From positions 62,001 to 126,000 of the IMG/VR virus record IMGVR_UViG_3300021511_000003: a DNA stretch of 64,000 nucleotides, one strand, 5' to 3'. Of the stretch, positions 27,205 to 37,869 are shown in pieces (position 1 is the first letter of the stretch; every line of letters starts with the position of its first letter). The position numbers and the translations under genes were made by a program. The notes under the pieces were generated by a model, which worked only from the letters and a program-made list of their open reading frames with translations, did no database searches and had not been told where the DNA came from.

Positions 27205-27818
27205 TACTTATATACCTCCTCCGAAACATTTGGGTATTCATCTCGACTCCATGTACAATTTGATTCATTTGTTGCTAATCTTAAGTCAATTTTTTCAAGT
27301 TCATCTTCATCTAAATATTTTGAGTATTCATTTACAAAATACCTATAATCCCCTTTCACAAATCCGATTGGAATTGTAAGTTTGCCATTGTGGAATTTTT
27401 CATGCATACTCTTTATCAACGTAACATACCCAATCTTATTTTTAAAATGTAACTCAATAGCTTCTTGGCAAATTTCAAATGTACAAAACTCTTGGTTTTT
27501 ATCCATATGTTTATTTACCAAAGCTGATATTAATGAAAATAGTGATGGTAAATGATGATGAACTTCAATTGTTAAATCATGTATAGATTCATGAGTAATC
27601 ATACATTCATTAATCTGAAGAACATCAATGATATAATTCCTCCATAACTTATATTCAATACTTCGCCTTATCATCATCTCGCAGTTTTTAATGAATTTCT
27701 TATATGATGATTCGTTTTCAAAATTGTTAATTCTTAGAGAAAGTCTAAATGGATAATTATCACTATAAAGTTCTAAATTTTCTATATTCGAATCTACATT
27801 AACATTTTCTGTATCCAT
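27204..27818 (-). CDS. Hypothetical protein with a degenerate HNH-like motif
   Basis: EYKLWR, C.IT, IEVHHH, HEKFH; SD favours MDTEN at 27818. Confidence 0.6.
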   Translation of the reverse strand: MDTENVNVDSNIENLELYSDNYPFRLSLRINNFENESSYKKFIKNCEMMIRRSIEYKLWRNYIIDVLQINECMITHESIHDLTIEVHHHLPSLFSLISALVNKHMDKNQEFCTFEICQEAIELHFKNKIGYVTLIKSMHEKFHNGKLTIPIGFVKGDYRYFVNEYSKYLDEDELEKIDLRLATNESNCTWSRDEYPNVSEEVYK

Positions 27819-27822
27819 AATT

Positions 27823-28809
27823 TTAATCCTTATTTTGAAATATTTTACGTATTGTGGTACTTTTCTTTCTGAAAAATGGACCAGTTGAACGTGCTGCATC
27901 TTCAAGATCTTTATATGCTTGATTATGCTCCTTTCCAAGTGATGAAAATATGAATGTGTAAGGAATTGTCGAACACACACCATTAAACTCTTTCATACAA
28001 AATGTTACCTGTTTATTTACATCATCTGTCATGATTATTGATGCCCAACCAAGTTTTTGTAGTTTTTGAACTGCTTGTGGTGATGTGAAAATATCATCTT
28101 GTTCAAGATCTAACTGGGAAAAACAAACAAAAGCATTTTTACCAAATTGACTCGATGCCCATAAAACATCTTGTTTAACATCTCCACTAACAGATTTCCC
28201 TTTTAATCCAGGTAATTTTTTAAGGACTCGATGAATAACTCTTATGATAGTTCTACTAGCTTTAGTTGAAAGATAATCCATTTTCTTTAATTCTCTATCA
28301 CTCATTAAAAGACCAACCATACCTGTAGTTGATTTTACTTTAAACGGAACAACTTTAACACCAATAAGTTTTGCACCAACATTTGTTTCGACTTGTACAT
28401 ACGTTGGTTCTAACGAAACAGTATCGATTCTTGGCATTTCAAACTTTTTTATACTAGCTTGTTTTGATGCTTTATCAATACTATCTGCAGCTCCTTGTAC
28501 TATTTGTTGTTTAGTAGTTGATTGGACTTTAGATCCAGTAAATTGTTCTAATTTTATTTTCTTTCCAACTTTTTTCATTCTGGTAACGACATTATCGTTT
28601 TTCATTGCATAAGCTACAGCAGCAGCAACACCACCAGTAACAGCACCAGTAACTCCAGCTCTAACAATATTTGATAATGTTGAATTGATGAAATTCAATA
28701 CTTCATCAGTATTATTAACAATTATATATTTTTCGATTGCTTTAATTATACCAGGTAATAATGTCGGATTAACACTTTCCGAAGTTAACATGGGGTATAC
28801 TATAATCAT
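27823..28809 (-). CDS. Hypothetical protein (possibly virion)
   Basis: 328-aa ORF. Confidence 0.7.
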   Translation of the reverse strand: MIIVYPMLTSESVNPTLLPGIIKAIEKYIIVNNTDEVLNFINSTLSNIVRAGVTGAVTGGVAAAVAYAMKNDNVVTRMKKVGKKIKLEQFTGSKVQSTTKQQIVQGAADSIDKASKQASIKKFEMPRIDTVSLEPTYVQVETNVGAKLIGVKVVPFKVKSTTGMVGLLMSDRELKKMDYLSTKASRTIIRVIHRVLKKLPGLKGKSVSGDVKQDVLWASSQFGKNAFVCFSQLDLEQDDIFTSPQAVQKLQKLGWASIIMTDDVNKQVTFCMKEFNGVCSTIPYTFIFSSLGKEHNQAYKDLEDAARSTGPFFRKKSTTIRKIFQNKD

Positions 28810-28821
28810 TTTAAGTATCTC

Positions 28822-29811
28822 CTATAATAAAAATTTAACATCAGGAATCTTTTTATTTATTTCCTGTTTATTCTTTTTAATGACTTCCTTTTTTGTTATT
28901 GATTTCTTCTTTCTTTTATATGGCGGAATAATTTTATTGAAACCATCGTCTTCACAAAACTTTTTATATGGGCACCATTGACATTGTTTCTTAGTTGCTC
29001 CAATTGTTTCTGGAACAACATTTTCTTCAATAGCTGATAGTAGAATTGGTCCTCTCATTAAAAATGACTCAGCTAATGCCATATCAATTTTAACATCAAA
29101 TGCTCGAATTGTTTTTAAATCTCGTAAAATATAGATAATAGTAATATTATCAATTTCATATCCATATTCTTTAATCAAAATATAAGCATATATTATACCT
29201 TGAAACAAATGTTCTTTTATATAAACACCCTTAAATTTTGTTGGATCGATGCTCTTAATTTCATATATCACTTTACCCTTAACAGCATCAAGTCGCCCTT
29301 TAACTTTATATTTTTCACTTACAACACTTTTTTCAACTTCATCAAAGTTATAAAGATCTTGAAATATCTCATGAATAACATGTCCAATTTTTTGAATTAA
29401 ATATAAATAAGCAAATCTAAATTGAGATTTAATATCTGATTGATATCGTTTCCTTACATAATAGTTCTGCCTCATACAAACATATAATTCGCTTACAGAT
29501 ATATAAGGTCTTTCATAACTTTGACGAGTTTTATATTCTTCAACAAGTTTACTTCTCATCATTGATTCGAACTTTATTACATCAAATGATTTTGATTGAT
29601 TACCTTTATTTATATGAACAGTTGGTAAATCTTTAAAATCATCAATTGTTGCTTCTTCAAGCAATTTCTTTGTGTTTTGTGATGCTAATTCTTTTTTTGT
29701 AACTGTTTTTGTTTTGGTCTTTTCAGAAATAGGTGCATTATCGGCAATTTTCTTTATTTCTTGCTTATCTAAATAACGTACAAGATTCTCATATTCATTC
29801 GCTAGTGCCAT
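28822..29811 (-). CDS. Cas4-like PD-(D/E)XK exonuclease with Fe-S cysteines
   Basis: SVSELYVCMRQ, G..IH, GRLDAV, EIKS, Q...Y, CQWCPYKKFC. Confidence 0.85.
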   Translation of the reverse strand: MALANEYENLVRYLDKQEIKKIADNAPISEKTKTKTVTKKELASQNTKKLLEEATIDDFKDLPTVHINKGNQSKSFDVIKFESMMRSKLVEEYKTRQSYERPYISVSELYVCMRQNYYVRKRYQSDIKSQFRFAYLYLIQKIGHVIHEIFQDLYNFDEVEKSVVSEKYKVKGRLDAVKGKVIYEIKSIDPTKFKGVYIKEHLFQGIIYAYILIKEYGYEIDNITIIYILRDLKTIRAFDVKIDMALAESFLMRGPILLSAIEENVVPETIGATKKQCQWCPYKKFCEDDGFNKIIPPYKRKKKSITKKEVIKKNKQEINKKIPDVKFLL

Positions 29812-29835
29812 ACACTCTCACTTTCAGTTTATTTC

Positions 29836-30798
29836 TTATTTAGATTTTGCCATTTTTTTGGCAGCACTGGCTTTATATTTAACAATTTTTGTTCTATATG
29901 TATCAATCAATTTATCAAATTTAGCAACACATTTCTCTGGGTTTCTTGCGGTTCTACATCTTGATTTACCAGATTGTAATGTGGCAATACCTTTTTGTAA
30001 TGCAGATACCCAACATAGATCAGTACATGCTCTACCAACTTTACTCATATTTAAAATACCTGTTTTAAGTCCAGAACTTTTATGGCATTTTGTTTTTCTA
30101 CACGCTTCATAAGTAGCTTGTAACTGTTGACTAACTGCATTTAAGAAGCCTGAAAATTCAGACAACTCAGTCATAAGTTGTTCTGTATGAAGTTCTTCTA
30201 ATTTTGATGTAGAATCTTCATCTTTATCTTCTTCATCAGGTTCATCAGCTTCTGTATAAATAAGTTCATAAGCAGATTCAATTAAATTATCACGAAGAAT
30301 TTTATATGAATCTTCAATGATATTACCTTCCCATTCATTTAGTTTATCGAAACTTTTAGATTCAGAAACAACACGAGCAAGAAGAAGACTATCAACAGCA
30401 AGACTAAAAGCTTTGGTTCTGATTTGATTTTCAATTACTTCTGAAATATCAATATCCTTTGTTTCTTTAATCTTTATTTTTAATGCTTCTTTTATATTAG
30501 CTTTTGACTTTGGAGTTGACACAATTCTCTGTGCATTTTCTCGGGCTATAGTTGCTGATTTTTTTGCATTCTGAATAAGAATAGTTGAATTACTTTGCTC
30601 TTCAATAGTATTCGGGGTGTGATCAACAAGCTTTAGCATTTCAATGAACACTGACATAAGTGCCCCTTTAATTGCCATATATTCCTCTTTAACGAGAGGA
30701 CAACAACTTTCCATTGCAGAAATATCTTTTCCAAAGAAAACATAATCTAATGCATAGAAATTTTCTAATACTCTAATTTTAGACTCTTTTGATAACAT
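29836..30798 (-). CDS. Hypothetical protein with a C-terminal Cys-rich domain
   Basis: 320-aa ORF, SD AAGGAGG. Confidence 0.7.
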   Translation of the reverse strand: MLSKESKIRVLENFYALDYVFFGKDISAMESCCPLVKEEYMAIKGALMSVFIEMLKLVDHTPNTIEEQSNSTILIQNAKKSATIARENAQRIVSTPKSKANIKEALKIKIKETKDIDISEVIENQIRTKAFSLAVDSLLLARVVSESKSFDKLNEWEGNIIEDSYKILRDNLIESAYELIYTEADEPDEEDKDEDSTSKLEELHTEQLMTELSEFSGFLNAVSQQLQATYEACRKTKCHKSSGLKTGILNMSKVGRACTDLCWVSALQKGIATLQSGKSRCRTARNPEKCVAKFDKLIDTYRTKIVKYKASAAKKMAKSK

Positions 30799-30817
30799 TT
30801 TATAACATCCTCCTTAA

Positions 30818-31111
30818 TTAATATGAAAACTCTGAGTTTTCATCCTCTAATACTTCCAACATAACTCTTCTTGAGTCATTAGGATAGTTTGTATTCTTAA
30901 TTGCTAAGCATAAAACTTTAAGAGCATCAATAGTACGCCCTCGTTTCCCTATAACTTTTCCACAATCTGACTGATCAACTCTAAGTTGAATAATAATTGC
31001 TTTAGTTGAAATGGACACTGATACTTCAACTACTTCTGGTTTATCAACAACAGCTTTTGTAGTACTTTCAATATAATTTTTTAATAATTGTGACATATCA
31101 CCCATTTTCAA
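30818..31111 (-). CDS. khpA: KhpA-like KH-domain RNA-binding protein
   Basis: VDKPE.V.V, LRVDQSDCGKVIGKRGRTIDAL, RVMLEV. Confidence 0.85.
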   Translation of the reverse strand: MKMGDMSQLLKNYIESTTKAVVDKPEVVEVSVSISTKAIIIQLRVDQSDCGKVIGKRGRTIDALKVLCLAIKNTNYPNDSRRVMLEVLEDENSEFSY

Positions 31112-31189
31112 TTCTCCTTTTCAGATATCTAGTAACGTATCTATTAATTTATTTTTTGTTCTAAATCTACACCTTAATTAGTTTAGACC

Positions 31190-32004
31190 TCAACATATTT
31201 TGTTTGCCAAATTTCTAGTTGAACATTCATCGCTATGAGCGTATTTATAATGACATTTTTTACATACAGACCAAGCTAAATCTGGGTCTAAAGAATAAAA
31301 TGGTTCTAATTTTTGTGGACGTTCATGATGAACATAGTCTGCTTTTTTACCACAGTATTGACATTTGTAGTTATCACGTTCAAGAACAAATTGCCTGAAA
31401 GTTTGATATTCGCTTTGAGTATAGGTTTTATTATTTTCTATTAGAGGATCTATACCACGAGATCTAAACAATGGACATATTAATTTACATTCTTCACAGC
31501 AGTAAAAATTTGACTCTCCAATACCACTTGGTTTTTCAATAGCTTCTGTTCGTTTTGATATTTGACCATGACTTGGAGTAAACCAACCGTTTTGTTCTTT
31601 TGAGTTTGGACAATTATGGTTTTTGCAATGAACTTGAATTTCTTTTTCTTCAGGTTTATCTGGATTATATCTCATTTCTTCAATCTTTGAAAATACAAGA
31701 TATTTTTTTTAATTTTAGATATAGTTAATTTGTTTGAATTACTTATTTTTTCTTTTGTTATGTTGTTATGATTTTTCCCATATAAAGGATGATTTTTTCC
31801 TGTCATATATTTTGAATGTTCTGGTCTTTTTTTATTCTTCCAAAAACCATCTTTCCCATATAAAGGGTGTTTTTCACCTGATCTATTTATACTCATTTGT
31901 TTTTTTATAAAAGGACAAGAATTATGACTTTTACTGCAACACCATTTATTCACCGTTTTAAAATAAAATTTTCCTTCTTGCCCACAACCATAACTACATA
32001 ACAT
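31190..32004 (-). pseudogene. HNH homing endonuclease split by a frameshift at an A8 run (31703-31710)
   Basis: ORFs 31672-32004 and 31190-31675 join as KIKKKYLVFSKIEEMRYNP if one A is added, matching the paralogs. Confidence 0.8.
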
Positions 32005-32007
32005 TAA

Positions 32008-33201
32008 TTAAACCTTTGGGTTATATTTATCAATAATTTCAGTTTGTATTGCTTCCTTTACTGTATCATCAAATACTTTTTTAAATTCCTCATCCGTTTT
32101 GTACACTTCTGGAGCATCTTTGGTTCTGAATTTCTTATCAGGTAATGTTACAAGAAAGTTCCATGCACCAGAATTTAATCTCTTGGTTGATTTTAAGAAA
32201 TTGTAATTTGTCCAAAAATTCGAGAAACCTGTTGTAAATGAACCAACTATTTCAATTTCAACGTTCGGCGGAAACAATTTATTCTTAACACATTTCAATT
32301 TACAAATAACACCTTCGAATCCATACTTATTTGAGTCTTCTGCTTTTCCTTCTGCAATTGCTGATTTTACTTTCATTTCAACTAACTGAAACGCATTGAA
32401 TTTTAAGACGGTTCCTCCGGGCATATCTTTTGAGGCACTCATAAACTTCAAATCTTTAGCTGGTGCAAACTGACCAATATTAAGAACATCTCTTAATTGA
32501 TTTATTGCAAGAAAACAAATATTATTTTGAGCGCACTTGGCTACGTACTTAGGGATAAGGATCGATAACAATCTTGCTTTATAACCGATTACACTATTTG
32601 GATCATCAGTTTCTCTTTCTTTTTGACTTAAAGTGTTTGCAATACTATCCCAAATTACAACAGATGGAGTTTCAGTAATTTTCTTTTCTTTCTTAAAAAC
32701 TGACAACCCCTCCAGAAATTTAAATACCTTTTCAATTGTTATATCTGTATAAGGTTTGATTTTTGGATATTTTACTCCAAGATTTGATAATCTAAGACTA
32801 GTTGTTGCTTCTTCTGAGTCAAGAAAACTTCCAAGGAGTTGCCCATTGTATTGCTTTTGACCTTCACCAAGTGTTTTAATAGCCAACATTGTTTTACCAC
32901 TACCTGGTTGTCCAACAATAATATTCAATCCACCAACTGCGAAACCTCCACCCAAGATTGCATCTACAACATCAATACCTGTAGAAATAACTTGTTTTAC
33001 TCCAATGTCGGATACGATATCGGTTTTATGTTCAAGAAATGAACTAAACTCATCATACAACTCTTTAGTCTTTACCTCATCTTCAGATATTTTACCAGAC
33101 CCCTTATCTACAATAGTTGAAACATCTTCATCCTTGAGTTTTACACTATCAAGAATTTCATCTGTTGTTTCATCCATAGTGATTTCTGTAATTTCATCCA
33201 T
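32008..33201 (-). CDS. uvsX: RecA/UvsX-like recombinase
   Basis: STGIDVVDAILGGG, GQPGSGKT, LDSE, IWDSIA, INQLR, PGG..LKF, KNK. Confidence 0.88.
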   Translation of the reverse strand: MDEITEITMDETTDEILDSVKLKDEDVSTIVDKGSGKISEDEVKTKELYDEFSSFLEHKTDIVSDIGVKQVISTGIDVVDAILGGGFAVGGLNIIVGQPGSGKTMLAIKTLGEGQKQYNGQLLGSFLDSEEATTSLRLSNLGVKYPKIKPYTDITIEKVFKFLEGLSVFKKEKKITETPSVVIWDSIANTLSQKERETDDPNSVIGYKARLLSILIPKYVAKCAQNNICFLAINQLRDVLNIGQFAPAKDLKFMSASKDMPGGTVLKFNAFQLVEMKVKSAIAEGKAEDSNKYGFEGVICKLKCVKNKLFPPNVEIEIVGSFTTGFSNFWTNYNFLKSTKRLNSGAWNFLVTLPDKKFRTKDAPEVYKTDEEFKKVFDDTVKEAIQTEIIDKYNPKV

Positions 33202-33215
33202 ATAAATATTCTCCT

Positions 33216-33671
33216 TTACATTGCATTTATTTTCCGTACTTCTTCTGCAATTTCATCTGTAGCTTGTTGACCTTCTTTAACAGATTTTGCCTTCAATGCT
33301 CTTGTTTTTTTGGTAAAATCTTCAACCTTATCAGCCATTTTTCTAATATCAATAAAGTCTTCTATATCAAGATTTCGATCCTTAATATCAATTTTACGAC
33401 GCAATTCAATTTCATCTTTAAGACTCTTCTGAATTTCTTTTCTCATTTCTAGTAAAGCTCTAAAAAATTCAGTTGCTGTTTTTACTTTTTCTTCGAAAAA
33501 TCTTACATATCTAGTATCAAGATTGTTTGGAATAAGTCTGTCAATCTTATCTTTTAGTTTTTCAATATCAGTAACCATATCCATAACAGCATTTCTATGT
33601 TTTTTAAATTCACTGAGTAATTCGGTAATTATTTCTTCATTTGTTTGTGTTTCATCAGACATAATAAACAC
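33216..33671 (-). CDS. Hypothetical coiled-coil protein
   Basis: ORF with SD; class B motif upstream. Confidence 0.7.
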   Translation of the reverse strand: MFIMSDETQTNEEIITELLSEFKKHRNAVMDMVTDIEKLKDKIDRLIPNNLDTRYVRFFEEKVKTATEFFRALLEMRKEIQKSLKDEIELRRKIDIKDRNLDIEDFIDIRKMADKVEDFTKKTRALKAKSVKEGQQATDEIAEEVRKINAM

Positions 33672-33692
33672 CTCTTTTATATTTTGTTCTAA

Positions 33693-33893
33693 TTATTCCA
33701 TTAATATCTTCATTTTTCCTGTCTGATCTTCTCGAAGTCTTGTACCATCTGTTATAATTTTACCATTTTTAACATAGGAGCAATTGAATCCCATTGGGCG
33801 GTCTTTTTTAGCACCCCAACATTCATGATTAGTATTGTGAGGACAATTATTACTATATGGGCAAACAACTCCAGCTTCTAAAATTAACGACAT
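33693..33893 (-). CDS. Small Cys-rich hypothetical protein
   Basis: SD GAGGAG before MSLILEAG. Confidence 0.6.
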   Translation of the reverse strand: MSLILEAGVVCPYSNNCPHNTNHECWGAKKDRPMGFNCSYVKNGKIITDGTRLREDQTGKMKILME

Positions 33894-33918
33894 GATATCT
33901 CCTCTTTTGATATAATAT

Positions 33919-35724
33919 TTATAAATCACACGATCCTGAAGCACATTTTACATCTCCAACATGTAGTGTATTTTCAACTTCTTTTTTATTTGTTAAATAT
34001 TTACGAACATCTTTCTCACTTATCTTATTTAAAATTTGACCGTCTCTTGAACCATCACGATATACAGTAACTCCTTTGAGATCATAAATATATTCAAGAA
34101 GTAACGTGCTCAATTCTTCTTCACTTGTTTCTTCTGGTAAATTAATAGTTTTACTTACTGATGCATCACAGTATTTTTGACAGGCAACTTGCATTTCAAA
34201 ATGATCTTTTGGTTCAAGATCAAATGAATCAACAAACCAATCAGGAATCTCTTCTCCATTTTCAATGATTTCTTGATATTTTGGATGAATATACATTCTT
34301 TTACTAACTCTATCACGCCTCAACATTGCCTTGGCAAACAGAGGTTCAATTGAGCTGGTTTTATCAGCCAACAATGAAATTGTACCTGTTGGTGCTAATG
34401 CCATTAATGTACAATTTCTAACCCCATATTTTTTAATATCCATTCTTAATTGAGCTGGAAGTTTTCTAATAAAAGAAGCTTTACCATAAGCAATGGGATC
34501 AAATTGTGGAAATGCACCCTTTTCAATTGCTAATTCAACTGATGCTTCATAGACTGTATTACGAATAAATTGCATTAACACTTCAGTCTCTCTCACAGCC
34601 TTTTCTGAACCATATCTAATTTTCTTTGCAAATAGATATTCAGCAAGACCAATAACACCAACACCAACACGTCTGGACTTATGAGCGTTAATATCAATTT
34701 CTTTTAGTACATATTTATTGACTTCAATAACATTATCAAGAAAACGAACAGCAAGTTTTGTTATTTCTTTCAATTTTTTCCAATTTGTATTAACATTACC
34801 CGTAATAAAATTTGGTAAAACTAATGAACCAAGATCGCATACACCATATGGTCCCAATGTAGTTTCACCACACGGATTAGTTCCAATAACTGGTTCAAAG
34901 TAATATGAATTATTTTTTGAAAAGGTAGACCAATTAATTAATCCTGGTTCAGCACATTTAACCATATTATGAACAATTTTATTCCAAATATCTCTAGATT
35001 TAACAGTACTATATGATTTTTGTTTGAATTTAAATGTCCAATTTTTATCAGCTTCAACACACTCTAAAAACTCATTATTAATCATAACTGAAATATTAAA
35101 ATGAGTAAGACTTCCTTTATCAACTGTATCTTTTACAATTTCTCGAATAGATTCTGGAGTATCATCTTTTAACCATTTACTAACATTTGGTTTTAATAAT
35201 TTTGCATCAATAAAGTCTAATAATTCAGGATGCGAAACATCAATATGACCAATCGCAGCGGCTCTTCTACTTCCACCACTTTCAATCATTCTTGATATAT
35301 AATCTGCACCTTTCATAAAACTAACTAAACCAGATGAATGACCACCTTTACCAAAAATTAGATCATTTTTTGGTCTTAGAGGTGAAAAATTTACCCCGAC
35401 TCCACCCCCTTCTGACCATAATGTTAAGGCATCTTTATATAACTGCCCGATTTCTTCAATTGAATCGCCCACAGGAAGATGATAACAATTAAAAAGTGAT
35501 CCTCTTGGTCTTGCACTATTTCTTAAAATTCTACCACCAGGAATGAAATCCATATTATAAATCATTTCACCAAAAGAATCTTCAATTCCTTTTCGTATAT
35601 TTGTTTCTGGTATTGCAATATTTTTGGCAACTCTTTCTGAACAAGTTTCCCAATTTTCACCTTCTAAAAAATATCTACTCTTAGCTATTTCTAAGGCGTT
35701 ATCTGATATTATCATTTTTTTCAT
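33919..35724 (-). CDS. nrdJ: Adenosylcobalamin-dependent (class II) ribonucleotide reductase
   Basis: PGGRIL, LFNCY, GGGVG.NFS, TNPCGE, CDLGS, APTGTIS, SKTINLP, GVTVYRDGSR; no C-terminal YY pair. Confidence 0.88.
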   Translation of the reverse strand: MKKMIISDNALEIAKSRYFLEGENWETCSERVAKNIAIPETNIRKGIEDSFGEMIYNMDFIPGGRILRNSARPRGSLFNCYHLPVGDSIEEIGQLYKDALTLWSEGGGVGVNFSPLRPKNDLIFGKGGHSSGLVSFMKGADYISRMIESGGSRRAAAIGHIDVSHPELLDFIDAKLLKPNVSKWLKDDTPESIREIVKDTVDKGSLTHFNISVMINNEFLECVEADKNWTFKFKQKSYSTVKSRDIWNKIVHNMVKCAEPGLINWSTFSKNNSYYFEPVIGTNPCGETTLGPYGVCDLGSLVLPNFITGNVNTNWKKLKEITKLAVRFLDNVIEVNKYVLKEIDINAHKSRRVGVGVIGLAEYLFAKKIRYGSEKAVRETEVLMQFIRNTVYEASVELAIEKGAFPQFDPIAYGKASFIRKLPAQLRMDIKKYGVRNCTLMALAPTGTISLLADKTSSIEPLFAKAMLRRDRVSKRMYIHPKYQEIIENGEEIPDWFVDSFDLEPKDHFEMQVACQKYCDASVSKTINLPEETSEEELSTLLLEYIYDLKGVTVYRDGSRDGQILNKISEKDVRKYLTNKKEVENTLHVGDVKCASGSCDL

Positions 35725-36734
35725 AGAGGTAGTTCTCCTTTATTACATATTATATTTGCTAATTTGCCAGTTGAACATTCATCTTTATGACCGTATTTAT
35801 AATGGCACTTTTTACATACAGACCATGCTAAATCAGGATCTAATGTAAAGAAAGGTTCAAGTTTTTGTGGACGTTCATGATGAACATAGTCTGCTTTTTT
35901 ACCACAGTATTGACATTTATAGTCATCTCTTTTTAAAACAAATTCTCTGAAAGTTTGATATTCTTCTGAAGTATATGGCTTTTCAATTGATTTGTATGGA
36001 TCTGAACGCAATGCATATAATGGACAGTCATTTTTACATTTATCTGAACAATAAAAATAACATCCATCATTTTGAAGAATTTCAATCCCTCTATTTCTTT
36101 CATATAGTTGAGTTTTTGTTGGAGTAAACCATCCCCCTTGTTCTTTTGAATTTGGACATTTGTGGTTTTTACAATGAACCTGTATTTCTTTTTCTCCAGG
36201 TTTATCTGGGTTGTATCTCATCTCTTCTATTTTTGAAAATAACGGAGATTTTCTTTTTTTATCAGATATAGAATCTAATGATTTTATTCTTATCTTAAAT
36301 CTATGTTTATCAGAAAAAACTTTTCCTTTATTAGATATACTTATCTTTCTTTTATGTTCATCAGATAATTTTTTACCTTTATAATATCCGGGTGTTCCGA
36401 TTCTTTTCAGTTTTAATTTTTCTTTATGTTCGTCAGAAAAAACTCTTCCTTTGTTAGATATACTTATCTTTCTTTTATGTTCATTAGATAATTTTTTGCC
36501 TTTATGTGATATGCTTAATTTTTTTATATGATCTTTTGAAAATTTTTTTCCTGTGTTTGCTTCACTCAATTTCTTTTTTGTATCGAAAGAAATATATTTA
36601 CCCATATTTTTATCACTATTTATTTTTTTCATATTTGGGCATGATGAAGTATTATTTTTACAACACCATTTCCCATTTTTAAATTGATGTTTAGCTTCTT
36701 GCCCACATCCATATTCACAAAGTTGTATAAACAT
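35721..36734 (-). CDS. HNH homing endonuclease with NUMOD3 repeats
   Basis: GKKLS.EHKRKIS repeats; RDDYKCQYCG...HH...CKKCH. Confidence 0.85.
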   Translation of the reverse strand: MFIQLCEYGCGQEAKHQFKNGKWCCKNNTSSCPNMKKINSDKNMGKYISFDTKKKLSEANTGKKFSKDHIKKLSISHKGKKLSNEHKRKISISNKGRVFSDEHKEKLKLKRIGTPGYYKGKKLSDEHKRKISISNKGKVFSDKHRFKIRIKSLDSISDKKRKSPLFSKIEEMRYNPDKPGEKEIQVHCKNHKCPNSKEQGGWFTPTKTQLYERNRGIEILQNDGCYFYCSDKCKNDCPLYALRSDPYKSIEKPYTSEEYQTFREFVLKRDDYKCQYCGKKADYVHHERPQKLEPFFTLDPDLAWSVCKKCHYKYGHKDECSTGKLANIICNKGELPL

Positions 36735-36742
36735 CTAACTCC

Positions 36743-37594
36743 TTAATAATCAGTCGTTATTGTGAGATGAAATGGTTTTTCTATATCATCGCGTTTCATA
36801 AAAAGATATGTATCAACTTCAGATACATTCCATTTTGTCAACTCACACAATTTTTTAACAACTAAAATTGTTGCAGCACGAATCTCACATTCTGGTCTTG
36901 AATTTTTTACAATTATAATACTTTCGTGAATTGCATCATCCAATTCATCTTCGTAAACTATACAATCATAGTATTCTAACACTCTGGGAATTTGATAATC
37001 TGCGGGGACATGTAATGAATGAAGATCTGATTCATACCATCCAAAACGTCTGAATAATTGAAGGAAAAATAATGATGCTCTTTTAAGAAATATATCAGAA
37101 GCAAAACCTGGAAAAGATAAAACCATTTCCATTAAAGGTATATCAATCGAATTATGATCTAAATATATTGCCTTTGCAAAATTCTCTCCATTCTCAACAA
37201 GTTGATTTAAATGTCTAATACGTTCTTCAATCAAAGGAAATCTTTCTTTTGATAAATTAGCTCCAAACCTTTTAATTACCCTTTCAAACGACATTTCATC
37301 GTTTATATATTCTTGAAAAGAATCAGCAAGGATATTATACATTGAACTTGATGAAGAACCATTGGGTCTTATATCATGTTGTGAATACCAATAGCAATAA
37401 TTAACAGATGATGCAACTAATTCAAATACAATATCTTTATAAGTTATTTTATCATTTGATCTGTTGTATTGTGGTTTACCATTTTCAATCATTCTTTTTG
37501 CCATGTTTTCAATTCCTGCTTCAATCAAGAAAACATGCTTGGAATCTTTCATAAAACGTTCTGATAATTCATATACATTTTTAACTAAATTCAT
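36743..37594 (-). CDS. Queuosine salvage protein (QNG1/DUF2419-like N-glycosylase)
   Basis: SVNYCYW, FPLIEER, FPGF.D, KRASLF, ADYQIPRVL, ECEIRA, HLTITTDY. Confidence 0.75.
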   Translation of the reverse strand: MNLVKNVYELSERFMKDSKHVFLIEAGIENMAKRMIENGKPQYNRSNDKITYKDIVFELVASSVNYCYWYSQHDIRPNGSSSSSMYNILADSFQEYINDEMSFERVIKRFGANLSKERFPLIEERIRHLNQLVENGENFAKAIYLDHNSIDIPLMEMVLSFPGFASDIFLKRASLFFLQLFRRFGWYESDLHSLHVPADYQIPRVLEYYDCIVYEDELDDAIHESIIIVKNSRPECEIRAATILVVKKLCELTKWNVSEVDTYLFMKRDDIEKPFHLTITTDY

Positions 37595-37733
37595 ACATTC
37601 TCCTTCATATTTGTATTATTATGTTCTAAATTCTATATTAGATGTCTATAGTTAGCTGTTCTTAACTATACTACAAGAATACAAAGTGAATTAATTCAGT
37701 AGTAATCTATATTTCAAAATTTCAACGGATAGT

Positions 37734-37771
37734 AGGAAATATTTCAATTGAATTTAATTGAAATATTTCCT
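37734..37771. repeat. Perfect 16-bp inverted repeat (terminator or operator)
   Basis: AGGAAATATTTCAATT-GAATTT-AATTGAAATATTTCCT. Confidence 0.7.
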
Positions 37772-37869
37772 CCTGAAAATCGACAAACTATATTTTATTG
37801 CCAATTTAAATTTATTACAAAAATAAAAATGTTCATACATTTTTTTCATTATTCGCCTTCTTGTTTTAT

